A stretch of DNA of 64,000 nucleotides from an uncultured candidate division Zixibacteria bacterium (lineage in GTDB: Bacteria > Zixibacteria > MSB-5A5 > GN15 > PGXB01). The stretch is from assembly GCA_963702205.1 (NCBI GenBank), contig OY969724.1:3072001-3136000 (forward strand), read 5' to 3'. A program made the position numbers and the translations under genes. Shown piece after piece: positions 47,258 to 56,485 of this stretch. The notes beneath the pieces were generated by a model, which saw only the letters and a program-made list of their open reading frames with translations, was not told the origin of the DNA and made no database searches. Every line of letters begins with the position of its first letter. The stretch's first letter is position 1.

Positions 47258-47977
47258 TCATTCGTCCGGCTGCCAGACTTTCCAGACTTTGCCGACCAGG
47301 TCCGGGCCGGGCTTAAGAGTCGGTTTGCCGGGTTCCCATCCCGCCGGACACGCCTCGGCGCCTTTCATTTTGCGGACGTGCTGGAAGGCGTGCACCTGAC
47401 GGATCGTCTCGCTAATCTTACGACCCACCGGCGGTGTCATCACTTCCATCGCCTGTACGACACCATCAGGGTCAATAATAAACCGCCCGCGGATGTTTAC
47501 GCCGCTGTTTTCGTCGTACACACCGTACACCTTGCCGATATTACCGGAACCGTCGGCCACCATCGGCCATGGAATCCCGCTTTCGGTCATTTTGGTGAGT
47601 TCTTCTTCGTCCCAGATTTTGTGGACGAATGTACTGTCGACACTGATTGACATGACGTCGACGCCGAGCTTCTTCAGCTCCTCGTACTTGCCGGCGACCG
47701 CCGACAATTCGGTGGGTCAGACGAACGTGAAATCGCCCGGATAAAAACAGACCAGCACCCATTTGCCGAGATAATCGGACAGCTTGACGCTGGTAAACTT
47801 TCCCTTGAGGTAGGCAGGGGCTTCGAAATCGGGCGCCTTCCCGCCGACTCGTACTTGTACCATAACTTCCTCCATACTATCTTTGTCGTGATTGGAATCG
47901 CCTTCACCCGGCGGGGACGGTGTCTGCCCGACTACGGTTCCGGTCGGACGGGCACATCCGACATCAGCTTCAGACAT
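47258..47977 (-). CDS. prxU: Selenocysteine-containing AhpC/TSA peroxiredoxin (PrxU-like)
   Basis: [15 protein letters not shown]: in-frame UGA (47717-47719) at the peroxidatic Cys position; resolving ACPAGW motif downstream. Confidence 0.9.
47688..47707 (-). promoter_or_regulatory. Candidate bacterial SECIS hairpin
   Basis: UUGUCGGC-GGUC-GCCGGCAA starting 9 nt after the UGA, with G in the apical loop. Confidence 0.65.
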
Positions 47978-48151
47978 ATATTGCCTCCCTTCCGTATATG
48001 TCGTTCAAGATTGCGATGCACCGGCGTGCTTCGTATTTTGCTATATTGTATGGATTGTGTCGTTAAAAAGCAAGCCCGAACTGTTTTAAAATGGACAAAT
48101 CGGGCCTAATTTCGACTTATATGGTCCTGTTTAAACTAAGATCGTCTGTCT

Positions 48152-49243
48152 TTAGAATTGGTATGTTGAAATATTCCGCGCGGGCCTTTCCTGATAGGCT
48201 TTGCTGGATATCATTTCCTTGGGCATTTCCAGTCCCATAGTACCACAATATTTTAACGTGCCATCGTCATTGCATATCATACTAAAGTCTATATTTATTC
48301 CCGAGCTTGTATCCGGATTTGTGTTTACAGACCCCATCCTATTCTGTAGTTTGCAGCCCTGATATAAGGCTATGCCGTTAAATCCTTTGCGCAGTTTCGG
48401 AATGAAATCAAATGAAAATGAAAGTACACTACCTTTTCTCAACGGAGCTTTATCGATAGTAGATGCGTCAATATAATCTACATTTAACAATCTCAATATA
48501 GTTTTGTCTATTTCCGACAAATCTTTGTTCGCTTTTAAAGTATAGAAAATGGTTGATCTATTGCCGATCGAAGGTATTGGTTTGATAACGGCATTATACT
48601 CAAAAGGTTGGTTGGATTTTCCAATTTTGGGGGTCATAAAGACAATAGAGTCTTGATTATAAAAAATATTACGAAAATCATGCTTAAGACAATTTTGTTT
48701 TCGGCTAAATCCCGGGAACACCTCACACTTATCAAGGAAACTAAGATTGCCATCTTCATCAAAACAGTAGCCAAAAGCAATTCCGCTATTACGTAACTCC
48801 AAATATCCGCCTAAGTATATAGAAATTCCCCCAAAACCTGCCATATACGGCATAAATTCAAATTCCCCTTGAAATTTGTCTCCAAGTTTATGTGGGCCTG
48901 GCCAGTTAAAAGTTGAATCGCTCAAGAGTAGAGTGGTTGGATAGCAATTTAAATTAATGACCCAGTCTTTTTCAGAATAAAATCCCTTGTTTAGAACTTC
49001 CAATGTAAAATGAACCTTGGTGGGGGTGGCCGGAATAGGTACATTTTCAAATTGAAAATTGCCAATAAAAGGCCTGGGTTCTTTTCCAAAATCAGCCAGA
49101 TATATTGAGTCATAATCAGAAATGCTGGTTCTTATATCACCGGCAAAAATCGAAGATGCGATTTGCAAAAATATCAATAAAATAAATACAAATATGATAT
49201 TCGATTTCTTTCCGTTGTCCGTCCTTTTAATCACGCCAATCAA
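48152..49243 (-). CDS. AT-rich secreted hypothetical protein with an internal duplication
   Basis: N-terminal hydrophobic segment; two similar beta-rich halves. Confidence 0.7.
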   Translation of the reverse strand: MIGVIKRTDNGKKSNIIFVFILLIFLQIASSIFAGDIRTSISDYDSIYLADFGKEPRPFIGNFQFENVPIPATPTKVHFTLEVLNKGFYSEKDWVINLNCYPTTLLLSDSTFNWPGPHKLGDKFQGEFEFMPYMAGFGGISIYLGGYLELRNSGIAFGYCFDEDGNLSFLDKCEVFPGFSRKQNCLKHDFRNIFYNQDSIVFMTPKIGKSNQPFEYNAVIKPIPSIGNRSTIFYTLKANKDLSEIDKTILRLLNVDYIDASTIDKAPLRKGSVLSFSFDFIPKLRKGFNGIALYQGCKLQNRMGSVNTNPDTSSGINIDFSMICNDDGTLKYCGTMGLEMPKEMISSKAYQERPARNISTYQF

Positions 49244-49253
49244 GTCCCGATCA

Positions 49254-50792
49254 TTATTGCATAATTATAATATCTATCCGGCGGTTTTTGGCTCTACCCT
49301 CGGCGGTTTTGTTCGACGCCACCGGACGCTCAGAACCGTAACCGATCGACTGAATACGGTCGACCGGGATCTGCATCGCCTGACGCAAGTACTGCATGAC
49401 CGCGAAAGCCCGCTTTTCGGACAGGCGCATGTTGGTTGTGGGTTCGCCGGTATCATCGGTGTGCCCCTCGACCATAACCTTGGAGTTCGGAAACATCTCG
49501 AGGATGGCTTTGATTTTCTCCAGCAGCGGAACATGTTCGTCCTTGATATCGCTGGAACCGACGTCGAACGAGAGTCCGCCCAGGCGCAGGACGATATCGT
49601 TGGTGGCGTTGTATAAAACCTCACCTTCCGACGGCGAAATCATATCCTGGGCCTTCTGGAACTTAGCCTCCTCTTCCTTACGTTCCTCAAGTTCCCCGGC
49701 CATTTCTTTGTGCTCCTGACCCAGGTTTTTCAAATCAGCCTGGCAGGCATCAAGTTGATCGGCCAGTTCTTTTTTATCGGAGACGGTTTTGATCACCGCG
49801 TCTTTAACCATCGTTGCTCGTCCGGGGAAGTCTTCGGTTACGGTCGTGACACCCATCGCGGTCAGGGCCGCTGTCAGGCTTTCGGTCGCCTCGGTGATCT
49901 CACCGTGAGATTCGTCCATCACGTCGCGCATGGCTTTGATTAGATTGATCAGGCTGTCGGCGGCTTTGCCGGGACCTTCATCGAATGGTAGAATTCCGAT
50001 ATGGAATTCATCGGCGACCTGCTGCATTTCGATTTCATAGACGAGAATCAGTTTTTCCCAGGCTTGATCGTTGCGCTCCAATGAGCGAACCATCTGGGCG
50101 ATATTGGTCGAGTGGAGGGCCTCATATTCGGCCAGCGAGGCCTGCGCCAGCGATTCTTTTCTTTCGTAGCGATTGGCGCTCAGAATCGAATCGGCTTTAG
50201 CGCGGGCCTTGACCGCTTTATCGAACGTTGCCAAAGCGTACTTTTTGGCGTCACCGGCGGTCGCTTTTTCGATCAACGAATCAGCTTTGCCCATAATGTC
50301 GACTTTGATGGCGGCCATTTCGGCGGCGTCGAACAGCGGCACCGATTTTTGTGCTTCCTTGATGCCTCCTTTGACGTCTCCCGATTCGACTTTGCCGGTG
50401 GCTTTGACAAATTGAAGTTCACCGTCGAGATATTCTTTGGCGGCCAGGTCACGGGCTTTGGCGTCGATAGCTTTCTGCCTCGGTTCGAGATACTCGACCA
50501 GCGCCAGCCGCGCCACTTCGGTGGCCTTGAGGGCGTTCTCGGCGTATTCGATAGAGTTCTGCAATAGCCGGTTGATCGTATCCGAATTTTTCTTAAGTTC
50601 AATCGCACGCTGGGCCTCTTTGAATTCATTGGCGGCCTTGGTATACGCTTCGGGGGCAAACACTTCGGCTTCGATCGTTTTCATCGAATCGAGCTTGGCA
50701 TTGTAGTCATCGATAAGTGGACGATCCTGGGCCAAAACTTCGGCGGTCAGTGCCAGTATCCCGATGATCGTGAATATCAATATCTTTTTCAT
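49254..50792 (-). CDS. OmpA-family peptidoglycan-binding protein with long helical N-terminus
   Basis: Signal peptide; VEGHTD, NMRLSEKRA, GYGSERP and NRRIDI motifs. Confidence 0.88.
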   Translation of the reverse strand: MKKILIFTIIGILALTAEVLAQDRPLIDDYNAKLDSMKTIEAEVFAPEAYTKAANEFKEAQRAIELKKNSDTINRLLQNSIEYAENALKATEVARLALVEYLEPRQKAIDAKARDLAAKEYLDGELQFVKATGKVESGDVKGGIKEAQKSVPLFDAAEMAAIKVDIMGKADSLIEKATAGDAKKYALATFDKAVKARAKADSILSANRYERKESLAQASLAEYEALHSTNIAQMVRSLERNDQAWEKLILVYEIEMQQVADEFHIGILPFDEGPGKAADSLINLIKAMRDVMDESHGEITEATESLTAALTAMGVTTVTEDFPGRATMVKDAVIKTVSDKKELADQLDACQADLKNLGQEHKEMAGELEERKEEEAKFQKAQDMISPSEGEVLYNATNDIVLRLGGLSFDVGSSDIKDEHVPLLEKIKAILEMFPNSKVMVEGHTDDTGEPTTNMRLSEKRAFAVMQYLRQAMQIPVDRIQSIGYGSERPVASNKTAEGRAKNRRIDIIIMQ

Positions 50793-50860
50793 TGTTCAAG
50801 ACTCCTTTTTGATTGCTTCGGTATCGTCATTCTAAATAAATGAAAAAACTACCGCAAGGA

Positions 50861-51737
50861 TTATTGTCGGGCGGGTTTCATTTTACGCTGGACGAGATAA
50901 ACTCCGCCGATGATAAGAAGACCACCGAAATAGCTTAGAATCGTAAGATGCTCGTTCAACAAAATCAGAGCGGTAATAGTCGTGAATATCGGTTCGAGAT
51001 AAATGTAAGCACCGGCGCGCGCCGCACCGAGCCTCGATAACCCGTGCAGCCAGAGCCACTGGGCAATACCCATGGTTAAAATACCGAGGACTATTATCGC
51101 GGCCAGAACACGCGATGGCATAACGGTAAATTTCGACAAATCACTCGTGGCGAGAACTGTACGTAGAAAAACCGATCGCCGGAAGAACCAGCAACGCCAG
51201 AATCATATTAAGGGGGTCGAGCCGCCGGGCGATATTTCGAGTGCTGATGGTATAAACCGTCCAGGTTACGCAGCTGGCGAGAATCATCCAGTCGCCGGTC
51301 GATTTCAGCCAATCCAGTTGTCCCGGGCGACCTTTGGAAACGAGCAACACGACGCCGATGGCAGCGATCAAAATACCGCCCAGCTGAAGTACGCGAAGTT
51401 GCTCGTTGAGGATAAAATATGATGCCACAGCAATAAAAATCGGCGCCGTGGCGATCAGCCAGCCGGTATTGGTGGCGCTGGTATGATTTATGCCATTGAT
51501 CTGAATCAGGAAGTGGAGCGACAGAACCGCCGCAGCGAATAGCAGCACCGGCCAGTCGGAACGGGGAATTTTTAATCGTACTTTTTTCATCGACGCTATA
51601 ATTGCAAGGACGATTACCGCCAGCACCAGACGCCACGTCAGCGTTTCGGCAGGCGTAAGATATTCCAGGGCTATTTTGGTCAGGACAAACGACGCGCCCC
51701 ACAATATCACGACCATCATGAGTTGAAAGTTGGCCAT
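50861..51737 (-). CDS. EamA/DMT transporter; apparent frameshift at about 51160
   Basis: LWGASF...APIF in one frame and YLEPIFT...GGLLII in the next; removing one base joins them. Confidence 0.8.
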
Positions 51738-51821
51738 ATAATGTCATCCACCGGGTTTAATTTTATCGACAAGCATAATACCGTTTTCTATATTGGACAG
51801 GCAATATATGAGATTGGTCAT

Positions 51822-52688
51822 ATGGTAAAGCAAAGAACTTTATATTTCACTCTGATATTTGCGACTTTCGCGGTATCCTGGGCGGCGATTCTTATCAAGC
51901 TGTCCGGGGCCGGGCCGTTGGCTAATGCTTATTATCGTATGGCCATCGCATCGATGGTGCTGATTTTCCCGTTCTTGCCGAGGATTCGTCAATTGGCCAG
52001 ACTGAGCCGACGCGAAAAATACCTGCTGTTGCTTTCGGGGCTGATGCTCGGCCTGCATTTTATAACGTGGATCACGTCGCTGTACCATACGACCATTTCC
52101 AATTCTGTCATACTGGTGGCGACCTCGCCGATATTCGTCTTGCTGCTGGACTTCATTATTCTCGGAAAAAAGCCGGAACCGAAAGCCCTTGTTGGAATCC
52201 TGATCGCCATTGTTGGCGTGTTCGCAATATCGGGCGGCGATTTCCGGTTTGGGGAAGATCAATTATATGGTGACCTGCTGGCCCTGTCCGGAGCGGTGTT
52301 TGTTGCGGTGTATCTTTTTATCGGCCGCCGTCTTCGGGAGAAAATCGACAATATTTGCTATATCACGCCGGTTTATTCGGTCGCGGCGCTGACGGTTCTG
52401 ACTGTGGCCCTGATTAACGGTGACAATCTCGTGGAATTTTCGGCCCGGACATGGTTGTACTTCGCACTGTTGGCGCTGGTTCCGATGCTGATGGGCCACT
52501 CGCTGTATAACTGGCTATTAAAATATGTCCCGGCGCATAAAGTCTCGACCACCACGCTGGGCGAACCGATTGGTGCGACGATCCTGGCGATATTTTTCTT
52601 CAACGAAATTCCGGGCTGGGCGACAATAATCGGCGGGCTGTTGATTCTGGCCGGCATTTTTCTGGTGTTGAGGCCATCACGACGATAA
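51822..52688 (+). CDS. EamA/DMT transporter
   Basis: About 10 TM segments; GHSLYNW and LGEPIGA motifs. Confidence 0.88.
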   Translation: MVKQRTLYFTLIFATFAVSWAAILIKLSGAGPLANAYYRMAIASMVLIFPFLPRIRQLARLSRREKYLLLLSGLMLGLHFITWITSLYHTTISNSVILVATSPIFVLLLDFIILGKKPEPKALVGILIAIVGVFAISGGDFRFGEDQLYGDLLALSGAVFVAVYLFIGRRLREKIDNICYITPVYSVAALTVLTVALINGDNLVEFSARTWLYFALLALVPMLMGHSLYNWLLKYVPAHKVSTTTLGEPIGATILAIFFFNEIPGWATIIGGLLILAGIFLVLRPSRR

Positions 52689-52719
52689 TTCAACCTTGGG
52701 TAGTGGGTCAGTTTGATTT

Positions 52720-53058
52720 TTACGGATTTAATTTTAATGTATCGTGATTACGAATGCACCTGGCCGTTATTATTTCTAAATTATTTTCATGTTCAATATT
52801 AATGGTCACGTAGAGATCATCGGCGGCCTTTATATATTGTATCGTTCTATCTTGAGGAAGCGGACGTTTATGCATTCCGGGCGTGAATCCTTCTTTTTGT
52901 ATTATTTCAAACGTGTCCCGGATTTTTCGTCGTTTATTTTCGGATGCTTTTTTAAGTTCTTTTGTAAACTTAGACGAAAAAACTATTTTTCGTTGTATGG
53001 GAGGCACGGATTCTTTTTTGGACTCATCCGTTTTCTTGGATTTCTTTTTCTTGGGCAT
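52720..53058 (-). CDS. Basic RelE/ParE-like putative toxin
   Basis: IVFSSKFTKELKK...PGMHKRPL...IRNHD pattern; overlaps the upstream acidic gene. Confidence 0.5.
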   Translation of the reverse strand: MPKKKKSKKTDESKKESVPPIQRKIVFSSKFTKELKKASENKRRKIRDTFEIIQKEGFTPGMHKRPLPQDRTIQYIKAADDLYVTINIEHENNLEIITARCIRNHDTLKLNP

Positions 53059-53314
53059 CGAAAAATGCAAGAAGCTCTTCAACTGTATTTACAGTATCAA
53101 ATCGACCATTTTCAATATCTTCGTCTGCTTCACGTTCATGGGCCATCCAATAATCGGCAATAAACCAATTGGGATCATCGCTGAGCGAATAGGCCGCTTT
53201 ACTGGCGGGATAAAAACTGGCCCATGAAGCCCAATATGACGTGGCAAGCGGTTTTGAAACCAGCTTAGCACCTATAACTTGATAATTCGTATTAATCAAA
53301 GCAACATTTGTCAT
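53024..53314 (-). CDS. Acidic putative antitoxin
   Basis: WF...W...EREADEDIENGR...VEELLAF resembles antitoxin C-termini. Confidence 0.5.
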   Translation of the reverse strand: MTNVALINTNYQVIGAKLVSKPLATSYWASWASFYPASKAAYSLSDDPNWFIADYWMAHEREADEDIENGRFDTVNTVEELLAFFDAQEKEIQENG

Positions 53315-53625
53315 TTGTCGCCTTCTTTCGTCATCGGAACTTCTTTTAAGGCTCCCTTTGAAATAAGTTCGTCAATTTGGACTTTTATTATTGTAGATAA
53401 CGATACCGCAACTTCAAAGGGCAAAAGTATTTCTTGAAAAACGATAAATTTTCCGTCTTCGGGCCGCATTTTACCAAACGATAAAAGCATCCCCCGTGGA
53501 AAAGAATTAAGTCTTACATAATCCGAATAGGCGTAATTTTTAACATCTTCATTGATGTATTCAAATTCAGGTTTAGCCATTTGTTTCGGATTGTCTTTTG
53601 CTTCTTTATTAGTCTTATTCGCCAT
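53311..53625 (-). CDS. DUF3467-like small protein
   Basis: YSDYVRLN...MLLSFG...ILLP pattern; ATGA-coupled to the next gene. Confidence 0.5.
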   Translation of the reverse strand: MANKTNKEAKDNPKQMAKPEFEYINEDVKNYAYSDYVRLNSFPRGMLLSFGKMRPEDGKFIVFQEILLPFEVAVSLSTIIKVQIDELISKGALKEVPMTKEGDK

Positions 53626-54032
53626 ATTCTCTATCTCGGCAAGACAAAATTAAAACTTTATTGCATTTATTATAACCATTCCTGGCCTTTTCTGGTTCAA
53701 AAATAAGAACTTTCCGAAGAAAAGCAAGGCATTTTATCTTGACAAGATAATCCGGTAACACGCCTCTTAGGGTGTAAAGAATGGACTAAGACAATAAAGT
53801 ATGTGTCGAACATGTTAATAATGGAAACCAATTATTGTCCGATTCTTCCCTTATGCTTATGATAGGCGAACTTGGTCGGACCGACGATTTTCTTTCGCAC
53901 CGGGACGATTTTTATGTGATTTTGCACACTTTCACGGTTGCTTTGCAAAAAAGTGCAATATTTGAACAACGACCTTCATACAAAATACGAATCTATGAAA
54001 TTAAATTGTTGTGTATAAGACACTTAGCTTGT

Positions 54033-54048
54033 CGGCACCACTTTTGCA
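54033..54048 (+). promoter_or_regulatory. Sigma54 (-24/-12) promoter
   Basis: CGGCAC-CACTT-TTGCA with GG-N10-GC spacing, upstream of a PEP-CTERM gene. Confidence 0.65.
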
Positions 54049-54114
54049 TACTTACGACTTGTTATATATTTATAAACGTGAAAATATAACTCACTTTGCA
54101 TAAGGGGAGACATT

Positions 54115-54732
54115 ATGAAGAAAAACATCCTGACGCTGGCTTTGGCAGCAATGCTTCTCATTCCGTCAGTGATGATGGCCAGCCCGACGATGTCCGAGAG
54201 TATCTTCACCAACTTCTTTTCTCTCGAAGACTTTCACACCTATGATTACGCTTCATGGGTTCATTTCAGCCATAACACCTTTTTCGGATCGGCTCCCGGA
54301 GCTTATATCGGCACCGGTTATGGTTACGACGATGAACTGAGCTGGGGCCACACCCTCCCGGCCGGATTGAGCGTGCCTCCCGACGTTATCACGCGCGCCC
54401 GGCTCTGGATCGATGGTGCTCAAATCGACAGCCACAACAACGAAGTAGCCATTGAAGGCGTTTTCGACTGGGATCCTCTCAATCATCATTTCCTCGATAA
54501 CAGCGTCTTCAACCTGACCAATATCGACACCCCCGGATTCTGGAATGATGGAATCCTGGACGTATCGATTTTTGCGGGTGAATGCAATCTGCGTATCGAC
54601 AATGCCGTTTTGATGCTCGACTACAGCTCAGGCGGCAATAACGTACCGGGTGCCGTGCCGGAACCGGCCACGCTGGCTTTGTTCGGACTGGGCATGCTCG
54701 GTATGGGCATACTCAGACGCAAAAAAGCATAA
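54115..54732 (+). CDS. PEP-CTERM sorting domain protein
   Basis: Signal peptide; C-terminal VPEPATLALFGLG...RRKK. Confidence 0.93.
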   Translation: MKKNILTLALAAMLLIPSVMMASPTMSESIFTNFFSLEDFHTYDYASWVHFSHNTFFGSAPGAYIGTGYGYDDELSWGHTLPAGLSVPPDVITRARLWIDGAQIDSHNNEVAIEGVFDWDPLNHHFLDNSVFNLTNIDTPGFWNDGILDVSIFAGECNLRIDNAVLMLDYSSGGNNVPGAVPEPATLALFGLGMLGMGILRRKKA

Positions 54733-54791
54733 TTTATAAAATTTTTCGATAAGAACCGCCAGTGTCAAACCCTCATGATACGGCGGTTTTT

Positions 54792-55274
54792 TTATTTGGG
54801 GTATTTGCCGAATATTTTTAGGATGCCGCCGTGCAACCGGTGAATAAAATCGGTCTGCGGCAGAAACATGAAGGGGCACAAATCCGCAATCAGCACGACA
54901 CCGTTGGTGCGGCATATTTCGTCCAGATCAGAATATTTCTTTTGGCTCCCTCTGATTCCGTAAAGCCAGATACGTTTTATCCCGGCGTCAAGGCACTGCT
55001 CTGTCAGTTCGCGATATTTTTCCGGCGACGTCATTATTATGGCCCCACCGACCGGGTATTCTCCATAATCGACCTGCATGACATCGGCGATGCTTCTGTG
55101 ACACGGGAAGCCGTCGATTTGATCAGCGTTCGGGTTAACCGGGCAGACGTTATATTTGCGGTCGATCAGTTCGCGAAAAAGCGCCCGGCTGAAATGTTTG
55201 GGCTTCTGAGACAGCCCGACCAGCGCGATTCTTCGCTGGGCCAGGAATTTATATACATTTTCAAGATCGGTCAT
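54792..55274 (-). CDS. CoA-binding protein (YccU-like)
   Basis: IALVGLS, PVNP, GIKRIW and CPFMF motifs. Confidence 0.85.
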   Translation of the reverse strand: MTDLENVYKFLAQRRIALVGLSQKPKHFSRALFRELIDRKYNVCPVNPNADQIDGFPCHRSIADVMQVDYGEYPVGGAIIMTSPEKYRELTEQCLDAGIKRIWLYGIRGSQKKYSDLDEICRTNGVVLIADLCPFMFLPQTDFIHRLHGGILKIFGKYPK

Positions 55275-55358
55275 GATATCTCCGTTTCGTTCGCATCTTC
55301 CCTTTACAGGTTTATTTAACGATGGACACCGACATTTGCAAACTATAATTTATACGCC

Positions 55359-56264
55359 ATGATTGAATTTCCGATAAGCGGCGTGGAAACGTGGTGGTGG
55401 CTGCCGATAATTGTGGCCTATTGCATATCGACGCTGGCATCGACGGGCGGGCTGTCCGGGGCCTTTATATTGTTGCCGTTTCAGGTCAGCATTCTCGGTT
55501 TTACCGGACCGGCCGTCACACCGACCAACCTGTTGTTCAATATCGTGGCAATACCGGGCGGGGTTTATCGCTTTTATCGCGAAAAAAGAATGCTTTGGCC
55601 TCTTTTATGGGCAACTGTACTGGGGGCATTTCCGGGTAATATTCTGGGAGCGATCATACGGGTTAAATACCTGCCGAATCCGTCGGCGTTCAAGTTCTTT
55701 GTCGGGCTGGTGCTGCTTTATATCGGCGTCCGGCTCGGTCTGGGCGTCTTTGATAAAGCGGGAAATCAATCGAAAGACATGAATGGATTAAAGGGACTTC
55801 TTATATACGAGGCCGCTATCACCGCTCGGAATATTTCATTCAATTTCGACGCGCAGAGCTACCGCGTCCCGACCGTATCGTTTTTCCTGATCAGCTTTTT
55901 TATAGGAATTGTCGGCTCGATTTACGGTATCGGTGGTGGGGCGCTGCTGGTACCGATTTTGGTGGTAGTCTTTCATTTGCCGGTTTATGCCATTTCCGGG
56001 GTCGCATTGGCCGGGACGTTCATCAATTCGGTTATCGGGGTAGTTATTTATATCGTGCTCGGGCAGTTTTATGGCCGGCCCGATCTCGTTATAACCCCCG
56101 ATTGGCTGCTGGGCTTGCTGTTTGGAATCGGCGGCCTGGCCGGGACCTATACCGGCGCGAGCCTTCAAAAATATATGCCGGTCCGGCTAATAAAGGGCAT
56201 TCTGACGGTTTGCCTGCTGTTTATCGCCGTCAAATATGTCTTGGGGTTTATAAGCGGCCTATAA
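55359..56264 (+). CDS. TauE/SafE family sulfite exporter
   Basis: GGLSGAFILLP and YGIGGGALLVP repeats; multiple TM segments. Confidence 0.85.
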   Translation: MIEFPISGVETWWWLPIIVAYCISTLASTGGLSGAFILLPFQVSILGFTGPAVTPTNLLFNIVAIPGGVYRFYREKRMLWPLLWATVLGAFPGNILGAIIRVKYLPNPSAFKFFVGLVLLYIGVRLGLGVFDKAGNQSKDMNGLKGLLIYEAAITARNISFNFDAQSYRVPTVSFFLISFFIGIVGSIYGIGGGALLVPILVVVFHLPVYAISGVALAGTFINSVIGVVIYIVLGQFYGRPDLVITPDWLLGLLFGIGGLAGTYTGASLQKYMPVRLIKGILTVCLLFIAVKYVLGFISGL

Positions 56265-56270
56265 AGATAT

Positions 56271-56430
56271 TTGACAGAAACGCCGGGTATGATATATATT
56301 TAAGCCATGACGCATAACTTTGAACAGAAGAAACTCCCGGTGAGGCGGGTCATCGAAACGGTGACGCTCGACTCCCGGTATCAGCCCGATAATGCGCCCG
56401 GTCTTCAGGACACCTGAGACCGTTTCATTT
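56271..56430 (+). promoter_or_regulatory. Promoter and structured leader with terminator-like hairpin upstream of the ammonia-lyase
   Basis: TTGACA at 56271 with a TA-rich -10 region 16-18 nt downstream; hairpins GTCATC-GAAAC-GGTGAC and CGGTC(T)TCAGG-ACA-CCTGAGACCG followed by TTTCATTT. Confidence 0.5.
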
Positions 56431-56485
56431 ATACATCCGCAAAAACAATTTGAACCGTAAGGTTCTTTACATACTGAGGTGAAAT

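Noticed and set aside
47717..47719. Peroxiredoxin pseudogene with a nonsense mutation
   Set aside because: The TGA sits exactly at the catalytic Cys position with a downstream hairpin, which fits selenocysteine better.
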